DNA of 64,000 bases from Octopus sinensis (Eukaryota), in contig NC_043003.1 of assembly GCF_006345805.1 (NCBI RefSeq), forward strand, positions 111,476,001-111,540,000. The letters are read 5' to 3'. A model generated the notes under the pieces. It saw only the letters and a program-made list of their open reading frames with translations. It searched no databases and was not told the DNA's origin. A program made the position numbers and the translations under genes. This document shows, piece after piece, positions 11,273 through 24,712 of this stretch. Position 1 is the stretch's first letter, and every line of letters begins with the position of its first letter.

Positions 11273-12314
11273 TGTGTATGTGTGCATTTGCGTCTGCTTG
11301 TACCTACGTTTGTGTGGGTGGGGGCTAAAGCATTCCAGGCGTTTGGTGGAGGAATATATTTAACTCTTCTAGGTAACAGGGATCGCAAATTTTAATTTCA
11401 CAAATTTCAGACTGGTGCGACGAAGTTCAGAAACTTAGACTGAGAATTTACTGGTAGTAACAAACAGGAAATGTTAATTGTTGAAAAGCATCCTTATATT
11501 TTGACGCTTTCCCAAATCATATGCTTAATGCATTGTTATTTCAGAGTATGTTGGGCGCTCATCACCAAGTAAATAATCTCCATAAACTTTTCCACCAATG
11601 TTAGTATCCGTACATTCTTAATGTTCTCCGATACAGTTAGTTTTCCAAAAGATTCAAAATAATATAGGAAAACATTCAGTTGTAGCTTGTTTTCGGATAG
11701 GATTGAATTTGAGTCAAGGGATATAGCTGCCATATTTAAAAACAGAGATAAAAAAATAATTCATGCATTGTAATATTATTTTTAGCTCTAATATGTCGAT
11801 AATTCTATCTAAGCAATTTTCAAAGTATGTTTCTCTTCATTTCATTTTAAAACAGTTGATACATCACAAGATTTCTTATAGAAATTCTATTAAAGCTTCT
11901 CGTTCAGGCTCCAAATTGCAACAGCTGTATTAATACAATTAAATCAAAGCGTGTAAAATAATACTAAAATATTAATAATATATGGAAAGCGAGAGCAGGT
12001 GTGATTGTAACAACCCAAGTGAGTGCCTGAGTAATGTAATCTGTTTTGCGAATTCCTTAGTCTTGTGTTTGAGAATGTTGTTGAATGATAGCTTGTATCC
12101 AAAACATTACATCGGTTCAACGGAAAAGAAATTGTGTCGAGCTGGAATTTTGTAAACATAACGAAATATATTTGGAATTTAAGACAAATAGTCAAATTCT
12201 TTTTATTACAATATTGTCAATGCATTTAGTATATACCCTGAATACTTACTTCCCCACCCATCAGCAAACAGTAAAAGGAAGCCGCCGAAAGATGTTAATA
12301 TTCCTGCGATTGAA

Positions 12315-12755
12315 GGTAGCGATGTGATAGATTCGTAAGCACGCCAGGCGAAATGCTTAGTGGCACTTTGTCGGTCTTCACGTTCCGAGATCAAATATCA
12401 CCAAGATCGATTTTGCTTTTCAGTGCCGATAAAATAAGTTCCTCCTGAACACTGGGATTTATGTAATCGATTTAATCCCTGCCCCCCAAATTACTAGCCT
12501 TGTGCCAAAAGTTCAAACCAATACTACAGCACTTGAAGATAGCGAGCTAACAGAATCGTTAGCACGCCGGATAAAATGATTAACGGCATTACACTCGTCT
12601 TCAGGTTCTGACTTTAAATTCTGCCGAGATCGAATTTACCTTCCATATTTCGTAGTCGATAAAATAAGTACCAGTTGAACGCTTGGATCGATGTAATGGA
12701 CTGAGCCCTTCTCTAAACATTACTGGCCTTGTTCCAGAATTTGACACCAGTATTA
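12315..12755 (+). mobile_element. two tandem diverged SINE copies
   Basis: Both 12315-12525 and 12538-12755 read GCACGCC.GG..AAATG..TA...TTC(T/C)GA..(T)CAAAT...CGATAAAATAAGT...GCCTTGT.CCA.AA.TT. Confidence 0.75.
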
Positions 12756-13177
12756 CATCACTTGAGCTCAGATAATGGCATTCGGGGTATACTTTTTCAC
12801 ATAAGTCGTAAAAACTGCTTTGTAATTAACAATAAGGCGAAACTGCCATAAATGTGCACCGCGCAATCCCTATTGCTTCATAAAATTCCCAATTTTAAGC
12901 TACTTCCTTTCAGTTTAATTATTACATCTGTACAGAAGTGCTGTTTAAATTCAATAAATTTAAATGGTTTTAAGGTTGAAAATCCAATTTTCAAACACAC
13001 TTTACACTCAGCCTTTCGTTCGTGGGTTCTTTATTCACTTTACTTTAGAATGTCCCAATTGCATGTGAATGACTTTTTCTTAATGGCTTAACTGCCAACT
13101 AATCAAACTACCTGTAATTATTCAGATATTTCTATCAATAAGTATAAGTTATCTTTTGTGTTTTATTTTTTCATATA

Positions 13178-13412
13178 TACTCTACTCTTTTACTCTTTTA
13201 CTTGTTTCAGTCATTTGACTGCGGCCATGCTGAAGCATCGCTTTTTTAGTCTAGCAAATCGCCCCCCCCCCAGACTTATTCTTTGTAAGCCTAGTACTTA
13301 TTCTATCGGTCTCTTTTGCCGAACCGCTAAGTAACGGGGACATAAACACACCAGCATCGGTTGTCAAGCGATGTTGGGGCGGGGACAAACACAGACACAC
13401 AAACACACACAC

Positions 13413-13456
<44 letters not shown>

Positions 13457-13640
13457 ACGATGGGCTTATTTCAGTTTCCGTCTACCAAAGCCACTCACGA
13501 GGCTTTGGTCGGGCCGAGGCTATAGTAGAGGACACTTGCCCAAGGTGCCACACAATGGGACTGAACCCGGAACCGTGTGGTTGGTAAGCAAGCTACTTAC
13601 CACGCAGCTACTCCTTCGCCTATACCACACAGCCACTCAT
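13178..13640 (-). mobile_element. tRNA-derived SINE with an internal CA/TA microsatellite and (AAAGAGT)n tail
   Basis: Head GGAGTAGCTGCGTGGTAAG...GGTTCCGGGTTCAGTCCC...GGCACCTTGGGCAAGTGTC; related copies at 21045-21212 and 47610-47987. Confidence 0.85.
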
Positions 13641-13745
13641 TATTGAAGCAATGAACAGAAAATAGAAAATGATAGAAGGCAACACAGGTGAGATGAGCGA
13701 GCCCTTCCATCTAACCAAAGATTCCTAACATTCTTTTATATAACA

Positions 13746-14040
13746 CTAGCAGTATCGCCCGGCGTTACTCGGGTTTGTAAGGGAAATAACTATATAAGAA
13801 TTTTCAGAGAGTTATAGCCAAAAAATAGCAAAAAAATGCATTAAAAATGGAAAAAAATTATGGAAATTTTTTTTTAAATCGTAGACTCATCGTAGACGCA
13901 CGCTAATACCCAGAAGGGCTCGATATGAATCACGACTATAAGATACCCGATTTTGGTTAAACTGCACCGCAAAATGTGGGAGTAGTTAGGAATCTAAATC
14001 GTAGGAGACAGACACACAACTTCACTTTTATATATAAAGA
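13746..14040 (-). mobile_element. non-autonomous Helitron, 295 bp
   Basis: Minus strand begins TCTTTATATATAAAA and ends with hairpin CCCGAGTAACGCCGGG followed by CTAG; inserted between A and T without a TSD. Confidence 0.88.
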
Positions 14041-14680
14041 TTTGTTAAAACTTGTCCTTTTGCTGCTGTCTTCATTCATTTTGTTTTCATCGCTTTTATA
14101 ATATATTTATAATGCTGACGTGGACTTCTCATATATGTGCGTTGATAGTGTGTCCGTATTATTGTTTGCGCAATTGTGTATGTCTGTGTCTATGTGAGCA
14201 GAGTAAGCTTTAAAATACATTATTCATTACACAAGTAATAAAGTAATAAAATTTCTTTTATTACTTGCGTTTTGTGCCAACTAAGGCCACACAGGTTAAT
14301 CTATTTTTCTTTCTTTTCGAATTATTAATGGTTCTTCATATTGATTGTTTATTTTTGTTTGTGAATGAATGGCGTTGTGTTATTCGATTAATAAGTCCTA
14401 TGTTACTGTTTGATCTTACCCAATGATGCTGTATTTGCGAGTGTACAAGGAATTATTATTGAGCTACAGGTTAGATTATCTCAAGCAGATTACCGATTAA
14501 AGATATTCCAGCCGAGTATACATATCTCAGTATGTATCATTCAATATCTACTGCCTGAAAGATGTTTGGGGCAAAACAGAGGTTGACTTGATTGCGAATA
14601 TTTGTCGGGCGCACCATGACGTGGAAGTTCTTGAATGTTTGCTTTCTCGCTCTAATTTGGCTTTTGATTAATTTGGTTAT

Positions 14681-14992
14681 CACCGTGATCATCGTGACCG
14701 ACCAGGCTATCAGATGTTGGTACAGATCGCTGGTCACAAAGCGCTTTGCATTGTTTTAGTCTTCAAATGACGCCACCCCGCTGGCCAAGCGAGCAGGCCA
14801 ACAGAAGAAAGAGTGAGAGAAAGTCGTGGCGAAAGAGTACAGCAGGGATCGCCACCAACCCCTGCCGGAGCCTCGTGGAGCTGTAGGTGTTTTCGTTCAA
14901 TAAACACTCACAACGCCCGGTCTGGGAATCGAAGCCGCGATCCTAAAACCACGAGTCCGCTGCCCTAACCACTGGGCCATTGCGTCTCCACT
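14681..14992 (-). mobile_element. full-length tRNA-derived SINE with 10-bp TSD; same head as 8805-9190 but a different tail
   Basis: A and B box head at 14920-14991; TSD ATTTGGTTAT at 14671-14680 and 14993-15002. Confidence 0.92.
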
Positions 14993-15006
14993 ATTTGGTT
15001 ATACTA

Positions 15007-15164
15007 TGAGGAAATTGTCTCATCGTTGTATATCTGTATGTGTTATCAAATTTCTGTAAATTGCTATGTTTATAAGTATTACATATTGCTAATACGTACG
15101 AAGAATAATACTTACACAAATTAGATAACAAATACAGATATACAACGATGAGATAAGTTCTTCA
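15007..15164. repeat. imperfect inverted repeat, ~53-bp arms and ~50-bp spacer
   Basis: TGAGGAAATTGTCTCATCGTTGTATATCTGTATGTGTTATC pairs with GATAACAAATACAGATATACAACGATGAGATAAGTTCTTCA. Confidence 0.85.
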
Positions 15165-16097
15165 GATTACATTGATTAAAGACCTAATTAGTGTAACATA
15201 GTGTTCAATACATTTGGATAAAGACGATGCTTTCCTGGTTTTGAGTGATGGAGAATGTGTTTATATAATTTTCCAATGCATTTTGAAATGAACTTCCCAC
15301 CTGTTTGCTAAAATGTAATTTTCAGTTCTACTATGTTCCTCCCCAATAATACAAAGTGTCGTCCTTCAGAAAGTGACAGGCCGGTTTTGTAAATAATTCC
15401 TGTCTATTGTGCAATATTAACAATTTTTTTATGTAATATAAATTTTTGTAATATCGTTTCATAGTGATGGCGCCTAATTATATAAACCTATTTGGAGAAA
15501 GTTTTGTATTCGTTCGTACTAGATAAGATTTATGGTTTTCGGCTTCTATATCAAAATAGAATAATTATAAATAATTATTTGCGTAGGCATCAATCTACAT
15601 CCATAAAGCAGTTTCACTACCATATGAAATAGATGGACACAATATTAACACTAACCTACGTAGGAGCAGAATCAAGTCACAGAATATACCATACATATGT
15701 ATACGTAGATGGTGTCTATTGAATTTTTACTACATGGCTAAATGTTACGATTCTCGTATCCTTATAGTAGATGTGGGGACTCTGACCACGCTCTATCTCT
15801 CCTGCGATATATATATGTGTGTGCCTCTGTGTGTGTGTGTGTGTGTGGTGTGTGTGTGATTCTCGATTGAAGACTGACAGCTCCGAATGTCCCGTCCATG
15901 TTTTTTTTCCTGTCCTTTTTTATATCGCCTACTGTTCGAACGTTTTCTTGTCGCCTGTTACGCTCTTTGTTATCATCTGTTACGTGCTTGTATATAAATA
16001 TGCATACATATTTATCTACATATCTATCTATCTGTCTATTTATCTTTCTTTTATATATATATCTATCTACCTATCTATCTATCCAACTATCTATCTA

Positions 16098-16148
<51 letters not shown>

Positions 16149-16188
16149 CTATCTATCTATCCATCTATCTATCTATCTATATATATTT

Positions 16189-16271
<83 letters not shown>

Positions 16272-16289
16272 GTATATATATTTGGTCGT

Positions 16290-16497
16290 CAAGTATGAAA
16301 TTTGATATCAAATATTGGCACAAGGCCAGGGAATTCGGGGAAGGGGTGACCCCAGCGTTCTGCTGGTACAATGTTAAAACATAAAAAGAAGGTAATGTTG
16401 ACCTCAGCGAAATTTGAACTCGGAACGTTAAGAGAAAAGAGATGCCGCTAAGCATTTTGCTTGGAGTGTTAACGATTCCTGCAGCTCGCTGCCCTAA
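16290..16497 (-). mobile_element. SINE (family of 33193-33400)
   Basis: Reverse complement reads GCAGCGAGCTGCAGGAATCGTTAACAC...AAAATGCTTAGCGGCAT...GTTCCGAGTTCAAATTTCGCTGAGGTC...GCCTTGTGCCAA. Confidence 0.75.
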
Positions 16498-17912
16498 TAA
16501 CAAGCAAAAATGTGAAAGCTGGTTTGCTATGTTGCAGTAATTCTGGAAGGCAGATAGTGATAACGTGAAGTGTGCAGTTGCAGTGGTGGGTGTCTTCCTA
16601 TCAATATTTGGGTCCTCAAACCAAGAAACTATCATACACCCTAAAAAGGGAGATACTAACAGGAGCCAATGCTTCTCCGACGTTCCGGACACACTGACCA
16701 TCCAACTTTAAAAAAAGCAGATATCCGGATCTTTTTATTTTTTATGCAATAGTAAATATTTGTAAAACAGGCATGTACTTAAAAAATCATACGCTACATT
16801 TGATAACGTCTTTCTCAGCCACATTGCACTACTTTCTAATGTCTTTTGTGGCAATTTTCCTCCACAATCATACTTTTCTTACGTAATTATTGCATTTTAC
16901 CTCTTACATACTTTTATTTTAAAACTACATTGTTAGCTGTCATATGGCGAGTAACTTTGGAAGTATAGATCTACCCCCATGAGTAATATCAGAAAATATG
17001 GCATATATAAAATACTAGTAATTTAATTTACATTCCAATTTTGATACTTATAAAAAAATACAGGAAATGGGTACCAATTTTCTTATAAATTATATTTGTG
17101 ATATTTAAATTATAGAAAACAATTTTGTCATTTTTCTTACTTTTTCCCGTAACTACACTGTAATTTTCTCATTCTGCTTTGTCTTTATGATTCTTTCTTT
17201 ATCACTGTATGTTTATATCTTTCGTTCCTCACCTCTTATCTTAACAAGCTCTGTATCGCTATTTTACTCACTTTCCTTTCTCTTTGAACGATGCAAATCA
17301 TGAAAACAACCAGGCAACCAACAAGAATGCTTATCGGTTATAAATATACAGAGATAATAAGTCGTTCTAAGATACCGCTTACCGTTTATTCGTTTTCACA
17401 CATTTGGGATTTCCAACCTGTTCGCTCGCTTTTATTTCAACAATTAAAACATTCATCTACGGCGAAAGTTTCTACTTATCTGCTTTTTATTTCCCTCCAC
17501 TTCTTTATATACTTTTACTTCATTCGTCCTCTAAACTCGCAATTTGTACTAAATGTCCTACCATATTCTAACTGTCTTACCTTATTTTCGATATCGTAAT
17601 ACTTTCTCTTCTATTCTTCAGTTCCTGAGTCGTTTTACTTTTCCTCTTCCACCTAATAACCCAATCCCAGCCACATAATACATCATGTATTTCTATAATG
17701 TCGCATGCTGTAGACTGTAAAAACACTATTTCCCACAATAACGACATCCGCGCCCGGCGACACAATTTCCCCTATTTATACAAATTTCATGGCCCAGATC
17801 ATCATACTACATTCCTAAAACACTTAATATTTACGTTCCTTTTTAAATTTTAACTTTCATTAATCACCTCCCTTAGACATCTACATGGACCGCCACATCA
17901 CACCTCAACACA

Positions 17913-17967
<55 letters not shown>

Positions 17968-17969
<2 letters not shown>

Positions 17970-18157
17970 AAGGGGTGAATTCACAAAAGAGCATAAGACG
18001 AAGACAGGTGGTGTAGATAACAAACAGATGTATTAATATAACGCTCGGAAAGTGAAAAAGTCGTTAACGTTTCGAGCCTACGCTCTTCCACAGAGAGGAA
18101 CACAGAAAGAATCAAGGAGAGGAAATAAAGAATGTGTAGTGGCTAGCGATCTATTAA
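17968..18157 (-). mobile_element. Penelope pLTR-like fragment between (TA)n tracts with a degenerate hammerhead-like motif
   Basis: Minus strand 18093-18065: CTGTGGA-A-GAGC GTAG GCTC-GAAACGTTA; stem II perfect, core A6 substituted, stem I not evident. Confidence 0.55.
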
Positions 18158-18332
18158 TATATATATATGTATTTTTTCTAGTTTCAGCTCAGAGCTGCGG
18201 CCATGTTGATGCACCGCCGTTAAACCAAAATAGCTAGTTGTAAAATCTCAAGAATAAATCAGAGTAGTAACTATACTAAAAAGTAACGTCAGTCACCACA
18301 TGAAAGTGGCGACAAACTTTATATAAATAAAG

Positions 18333-18406
<74 letters not shown>

Positions 18407-18482
18407 ATGCAGAAAGAAAGGGAGAGACAGAGAGAAAGAGAGAAGGATATATATACATAAATATATATATACATACATACAT

Positions 18483-18572
<90 letters not shown>

Positions 18573-19054
18573 GTAGATAGATAGATAGATAGACAGATAG
18601 ACAGACAAACATGTTTAGTATATGCGTATATTTTGAAGCATACTCAACTGAAATTTGCATTATATATCAAAACATTACACGCTAGACTGTAACAGTCACC
18701 AAGTAACTTATTATATTTCCCACCTTGTTTCATCATATCCTATATTTCGACTTGAATAAAAAATTCAGCGGAAACATGAAGATTACATTGATTAATTTAA
18801 AACTGTGATAGACACAGCTAATTCACACTCAAATATTATTGTTCATTGGCAAATGATTGATACTAATATGATTGTCAATAAATACGTTTTGTGTTATATT
18901 GCATCTTCGCTCATATGTACAGGTGAGACGAATTATATTACAGTCATTCTTAAAAGTCCTTGAAAATAACACTGTTTTTACACACACTATCAGATGCACA
19001 TTATACAGTTATTTACGTCCACTAATCGCACACGCATATGGAGGTACAAATGCT

Positions 19055-19119
<65 letters not shown>

Positions 19120-19666
19120 TATATGTATATATGTATATATATATATATATATAATCCTTTTTGTGCGTGCGTGCGTGCGTGTGTGCGTAAATAAACGTGT
19201 GCGGGTATGTGCGTATATGGGCGTGTATGTGTGCATACGGGTATGTTCGTATATAGACGTGGTTTACTCTTTGTATACTCTCTTATGCTGCTTTTCTGTA
19301 TTGTCATCCTTAACCCTGTTTTGTCTTGTGCTTATGAGGTGTGTAGACGTATGTATGAACTTTTACCGTGCGTGTGTGTGGGGTGGGGGGCTTGTATATA
19401 TCGGCATATACATTTGGCGAAGGATTCGAGTGAGGATGTGTACGTTTTTCAAGTGAGGGTGGATGAATGTATGCGTATGCACGTAGTTGTGTGGGCGCAC
19501 AAGTTTAGGTGTGAACAGGCGCGCTTACGCGAATACTATGAACTTTTTAACCCCTTATCATACGTACCGGTCATTTGAACAGATCTGTTGTCTAAATAGC
19601 GGTCAATAACACAGTAAATTCCCTTTGTATAACGGTCATTTTTCATAGCGTTTTTTTCGCTGGCTG

Positions 19667-19727
19667 GATAACAGAAGAGATGGTGGCGTGGATTTCCACC
19701 TCGGCATCCGAAACTCGGAGTTTTATC
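19667..19727 (+). ncRNA. type-I hammerhead-like motif, U4A core variant
   Basis: GATAA-CAGAAGA-GATG..GTGG ATTT CCAC..CATC-C-GAAAC-TCGGA-GTT-TTATC; 5-bp stem I GATAA/TTATC; about 50 bp upstream of a (TA)n tract. Confidence 0.6.
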
Positions 19728-19777
19728 ATGGCTACCGAATAATTGTCAAATATTACATTTACACATATGTACATACA

Positions 19778-20415
<638 letters not shown>

Positions 20416-21044
20416 CATATATGGTAATTACATGCTAGTATATTTGTATATTCCACTGAGACAATCGGAACGAAGTTCATTGTTATAGAAGAACATTTAT
20501 TCAGAATTATATCCAACGATTGTATGCTGTTCTCCTTGGGGAACGTCTGATTAACAATTATAAGAAGTAATGTCCTGTTGGCGAATAGATACTAGGAGAG
20601 TGCGATTCACTTGAGATTCAATTTATATATATATCCGTTTCTCTTACAACTATTTGGGACTGTCGGCATTTTATTTTATATTCATTGAATTCTGTTGGAG
20701 ATGATGCTATTTGAGATATAGGTTTAAGTAACACATATAAGAATGATAAAAGTATGTAAGGAGATAGAAAAGTAAGGTCTTCCAGAGGAAGTGTTTAGTT
20801 CGGACATACTGCTGGTTTTTTATTTTACCTAGAATATATGGAGCTTTCAAAATCACGTTCGTTCTCATGAGTTTGTTTGATTCATAACTTTTTATTTGCT
20901 CATTTCTTTTACTAAAGTACAACCGAAATTATAAATTAATTTAAAAATTATTTTTGGTGAAATGTTAATAACATAGGATTTATTTTAATGGAGTGTGATA
21001 GATTTTATGATTATAAAGCACATATATAAATATATATGTATAAA

Positions 21045-21212
21045 TACAACGGTCTGCTTTCAGTTTCCGTCGCTCAAATCCACTGAAAAGGCTTCGGTCG
21101 GCCAGAGACTATAGTATATGACATTTGCCTAAGATGCCACGCAGTGGGACTGAACCAGGATCTATGTGGTTGGGAGACAATCTCCTTGCTACAGAGCTAC
21201 TCCTGCGCCTAT
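21045..21212 (-). mobile_element. SINE head fragment (family of 13178-13640)
   Basis: TTTCAGTTTCCGTC...GGTCGGCC...CACGCAGTGGGACTGAACC...CTACTCCTGCGCCTA. Confidence 0.8.
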
Positions 21213-21253
21213 TTATATATATATGTATATATATATATGTATATATATATGTG

Positions 21254-21295
<42 letters not shown>

Positions 21296-22152
21296 AGCTC
21301 GGGAAAGCGGGGTTTATCCTTGGATCAGTTCTCAAAATTATTATGCAAATCCAATAACAACAAAACAAGTATGTAGCCCTTCAAACGTTGTTTGTTCCTT
21401 TAAAGAGAATACCGAACTGTCATACACAGGATCTTGTTTTTAGGAATTCCCATAAGTTATGAATACTGAAATTATGAAGTCAGTTATGTAATAACATGAA
21501 ATTAGTTACCTGATAGTAAGAATTCAAATAAATTAGCCGCACAATGCGTTCCCAGAGTATATAGAACTTCGGAGGAAATACTGATAATGTATGTATACTA
21601 AAATCGTGAAGCAGCTTACGTAATAACAGGCTAATTAGATATGAGATAATAATTCAAAGTAAATAAATCTGAAAAGTACCTTTGTGCGTTCTCAACGGCA
21701 CTAGTGTCGGTATCTTCGTGTATAAGTCACTAACCTAAATAAGGGGATCTGTTGTTTAATAAAATACTATTTACTTGTTTAAGGGCTGTACTGAATAAAT
21801 TGCGAAAATAGCTCTAACACTTCAAATACTAAGAAATATGCATACGCAATTTGATTTATACCAAATAATTTAAGAATGTGAATGACTTATTTCCCTTGTC
21901 TATATATAAGGATCACTTCCAGGTGCAAGCGGGTTATTTCCCTTGGCTGTTAAAAGAAAATATATTAGATATATATAAGGATCCCGTCCATGAGCCCTAT
22001 TATCGATTTTTCTTCAACAATCTGAGTATGCCATTGGGTTTTCAGACATGTGTTCTACTCACGTGTCAAGTTTCATAAAATCGAGCAGTTAGCTAACAAC
22101 TCAACAAACACACCCACAGACAGAATTTCCCACATATGTAGTATATATATGC

Positions 22153-22221
<69 letters not shown>

Positions 22222-22856
22222 TTAATCGGGTCCTCGTAAAGTGGGGATCTTCATTACAAGACTCCGGGTTCACGAGTTTTTTTTTTCCGATTAGGCATTT
22301 TGACATTAGTATAACGCCTTGAATACGATTTTCAAAGAGGTACAAATGTTTCTTCTGATGCCAAAAAAGTTTATAGAGAGAGGAAAAGCTTGTAATCTAG
22401 ATTTTTTTTTAAAATCCGTCTACGATTATTTGTGAATTGGAGATCGCTTCTACAAGTGATGCTGTAGGCGAATCTAGAGCAGGTGAGAGCGTTTCAGAAG
22501 GAAATTATGATAAATAATATTTTCTATTATAAATGAACTTGACATTCTTTTTACTTTACATAAAATATTCTTTAGGTCCTACTATTGTTTTGTTGACATG
22601 TATTTACGAGTATTATTAATTTCATAGAAAAATATTTTTATATAAAATTTTTCTAATCTGTTAATGAGAAACTTTTTGAATATATAAATATATCTCTTAT
22701 TCTATTATGCCGGCCGCAGTCTAATGATACTGACTTTTGAACCAGGTTTTTGGGGCCACATATGTGCGCGTGTTTGTGTGTGTATATATATATGTGAATG
22801 TGTGTGTGCGTTGCATGTGTGTGTCTGTATGTTTGTATGTATGTGTAAATATTCAA

Positions 22857-22948
<92 letters not shown>

Positions 22949-23649
22949 TATGTATGTATATAGATAGATAGATAGATAGATAGATATATAGATACACACG
23001 CATATATTTTTTGTAAATCATAAAAAATTCAGTTTTATAGAACAGAATACATTATTGATCAAGTAATCCATTATGCCCCGCTGATTTAAAAATGTTCTCT
23101 TTTAAAGTATCATATCAAAAATATTTGCAGAATCTGTGATAGTATAATTGCAAATTCTAGATATTATAATTACAACTAGCTCACACTCAAATTAAACTGG
23201 CCATTGCCATTTGTGTGAAGCTTACTTGATCGTCAGTGAACATGTCATACATCGTTTTGCTACTTTGTATTTAAAAGCTCATTATGTTAGTGTACTGAAA
23301 GGATCATTATGTTACAACTTCTCTAGTAATTCAAGCAGCAGAATGATGAGAAATTGCGCTATTACATACATAGCAAAGACTGATATATATTGTAGCGAAT
23401 GCCTATAAAAGTTATATCAACACGTTATCTCTTATCGTAATCTGACGCACTCTACTTGCCAATCATTCTTCTTAATTAATCCATGGAAATCTTCCCATAT
23501 TCCATATTTCTATTCACGTATGCGTAAGGATTTCTATCATACCGTAACTATATTTTATAGACATATTTATAATCAAACATTGACACATAAAGTTTTTCAT
23601 GGCAAATATTTGCTAATATCTAATATGTACATATCTATAACCGAATTTT

Positions 23650-24330
23650 CTAAAAAAACAAAATTACCCCTCGATCCTGCTTATCTTGCTGACTTCTCAC
23701 ATTTTATTCCAAAATCATTGCTGCTTCAGTGATGTAATCAATATTTCTGTGAAATAATTGAACAAGAATGTTTAAATATTGTTTCTTTTTTTAACCATTT
23801 TTGCCCACATTTTCTGAATTGAAAAGTGTATTCCATCCCTGCCTTGCATGTTCACCGCATCGCAATGCTCATTGATTTTTAAAAACTTATTTTTTTGTTT
23901 CTAACCTTGTGTAAGTTCTCCAGATTACTTGGATGCATTTTAATTCATCAGTATCACTTGATTATCCTTTGTATACTATGAAGTCTGCTCTGCATTTAGT
24001 TTTCTTTTGTAACTGTTCAATTAATATTTTGTGTAGTGCAAACGTTAGTGCTGGTATTGTCATTTGCTGTATAACAGGCAGAATTACACTAAATGATCTC
24101 TAACCAAGAAAACCACATTACTACATGAAACCATTTATTCTGCGCTTCAGACAACATTCATTTGGTGTATACAAGCAATTGTGCATTGCTTTCGTCTCAT
24201 TAATTCTTATCTTTTCTTGTTTAATTACTAACCATATCTAAGTCATCTTTTCATATGTTAATAACGCATAGACCGTTACTGAGGTCGGTGTCTCTTTCTA
24301 CTTTGATATTACTTTGAAAAGTATCGGAAT
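23650..24330 (-). mobile_element. heavily decayed hAT-like transposase remnant
   Basis: Minus-strand traces in the expected order: ERDTDLSN (DESTDIS-like), CDAVNMQGRDG (TDGAxxMxG-like), GSRG (RWxSRG-like); many stops and frameshifts. Confidence 0.35.
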
Positions 24331-24712
24331 CTATTTTCTTGTTTTAATATATTAAAACTCTCAAAAGACATTTTAATTCATTAAAACGGAAATGGCATAG
24401 CAAGCAATGCATTAGGAGAGAAAGAAAGATGGAAAGCTACGTTTAGAATGTCTCTCAAACGGGTAAATATTTTATTTGGTATTAATATGTGGAAAATTTC
24501 ACTTGTGATAACAACTTGATCGATTCATATGAGAGGCAATGCAACCCTGAATATAATGTGACAGAGTGCCTAAAAAATAAAAAAGAACCAACAACATGAA
24601 GAGCAATGCAGGACCGCTCCGATTAAATAAGGGAATTATATTTTTTTAAGAACCAAGCAGAGTTACAAGCAGTAATATATAGTTAATACAGAACATACAT
24701 TAATTCAAATAA

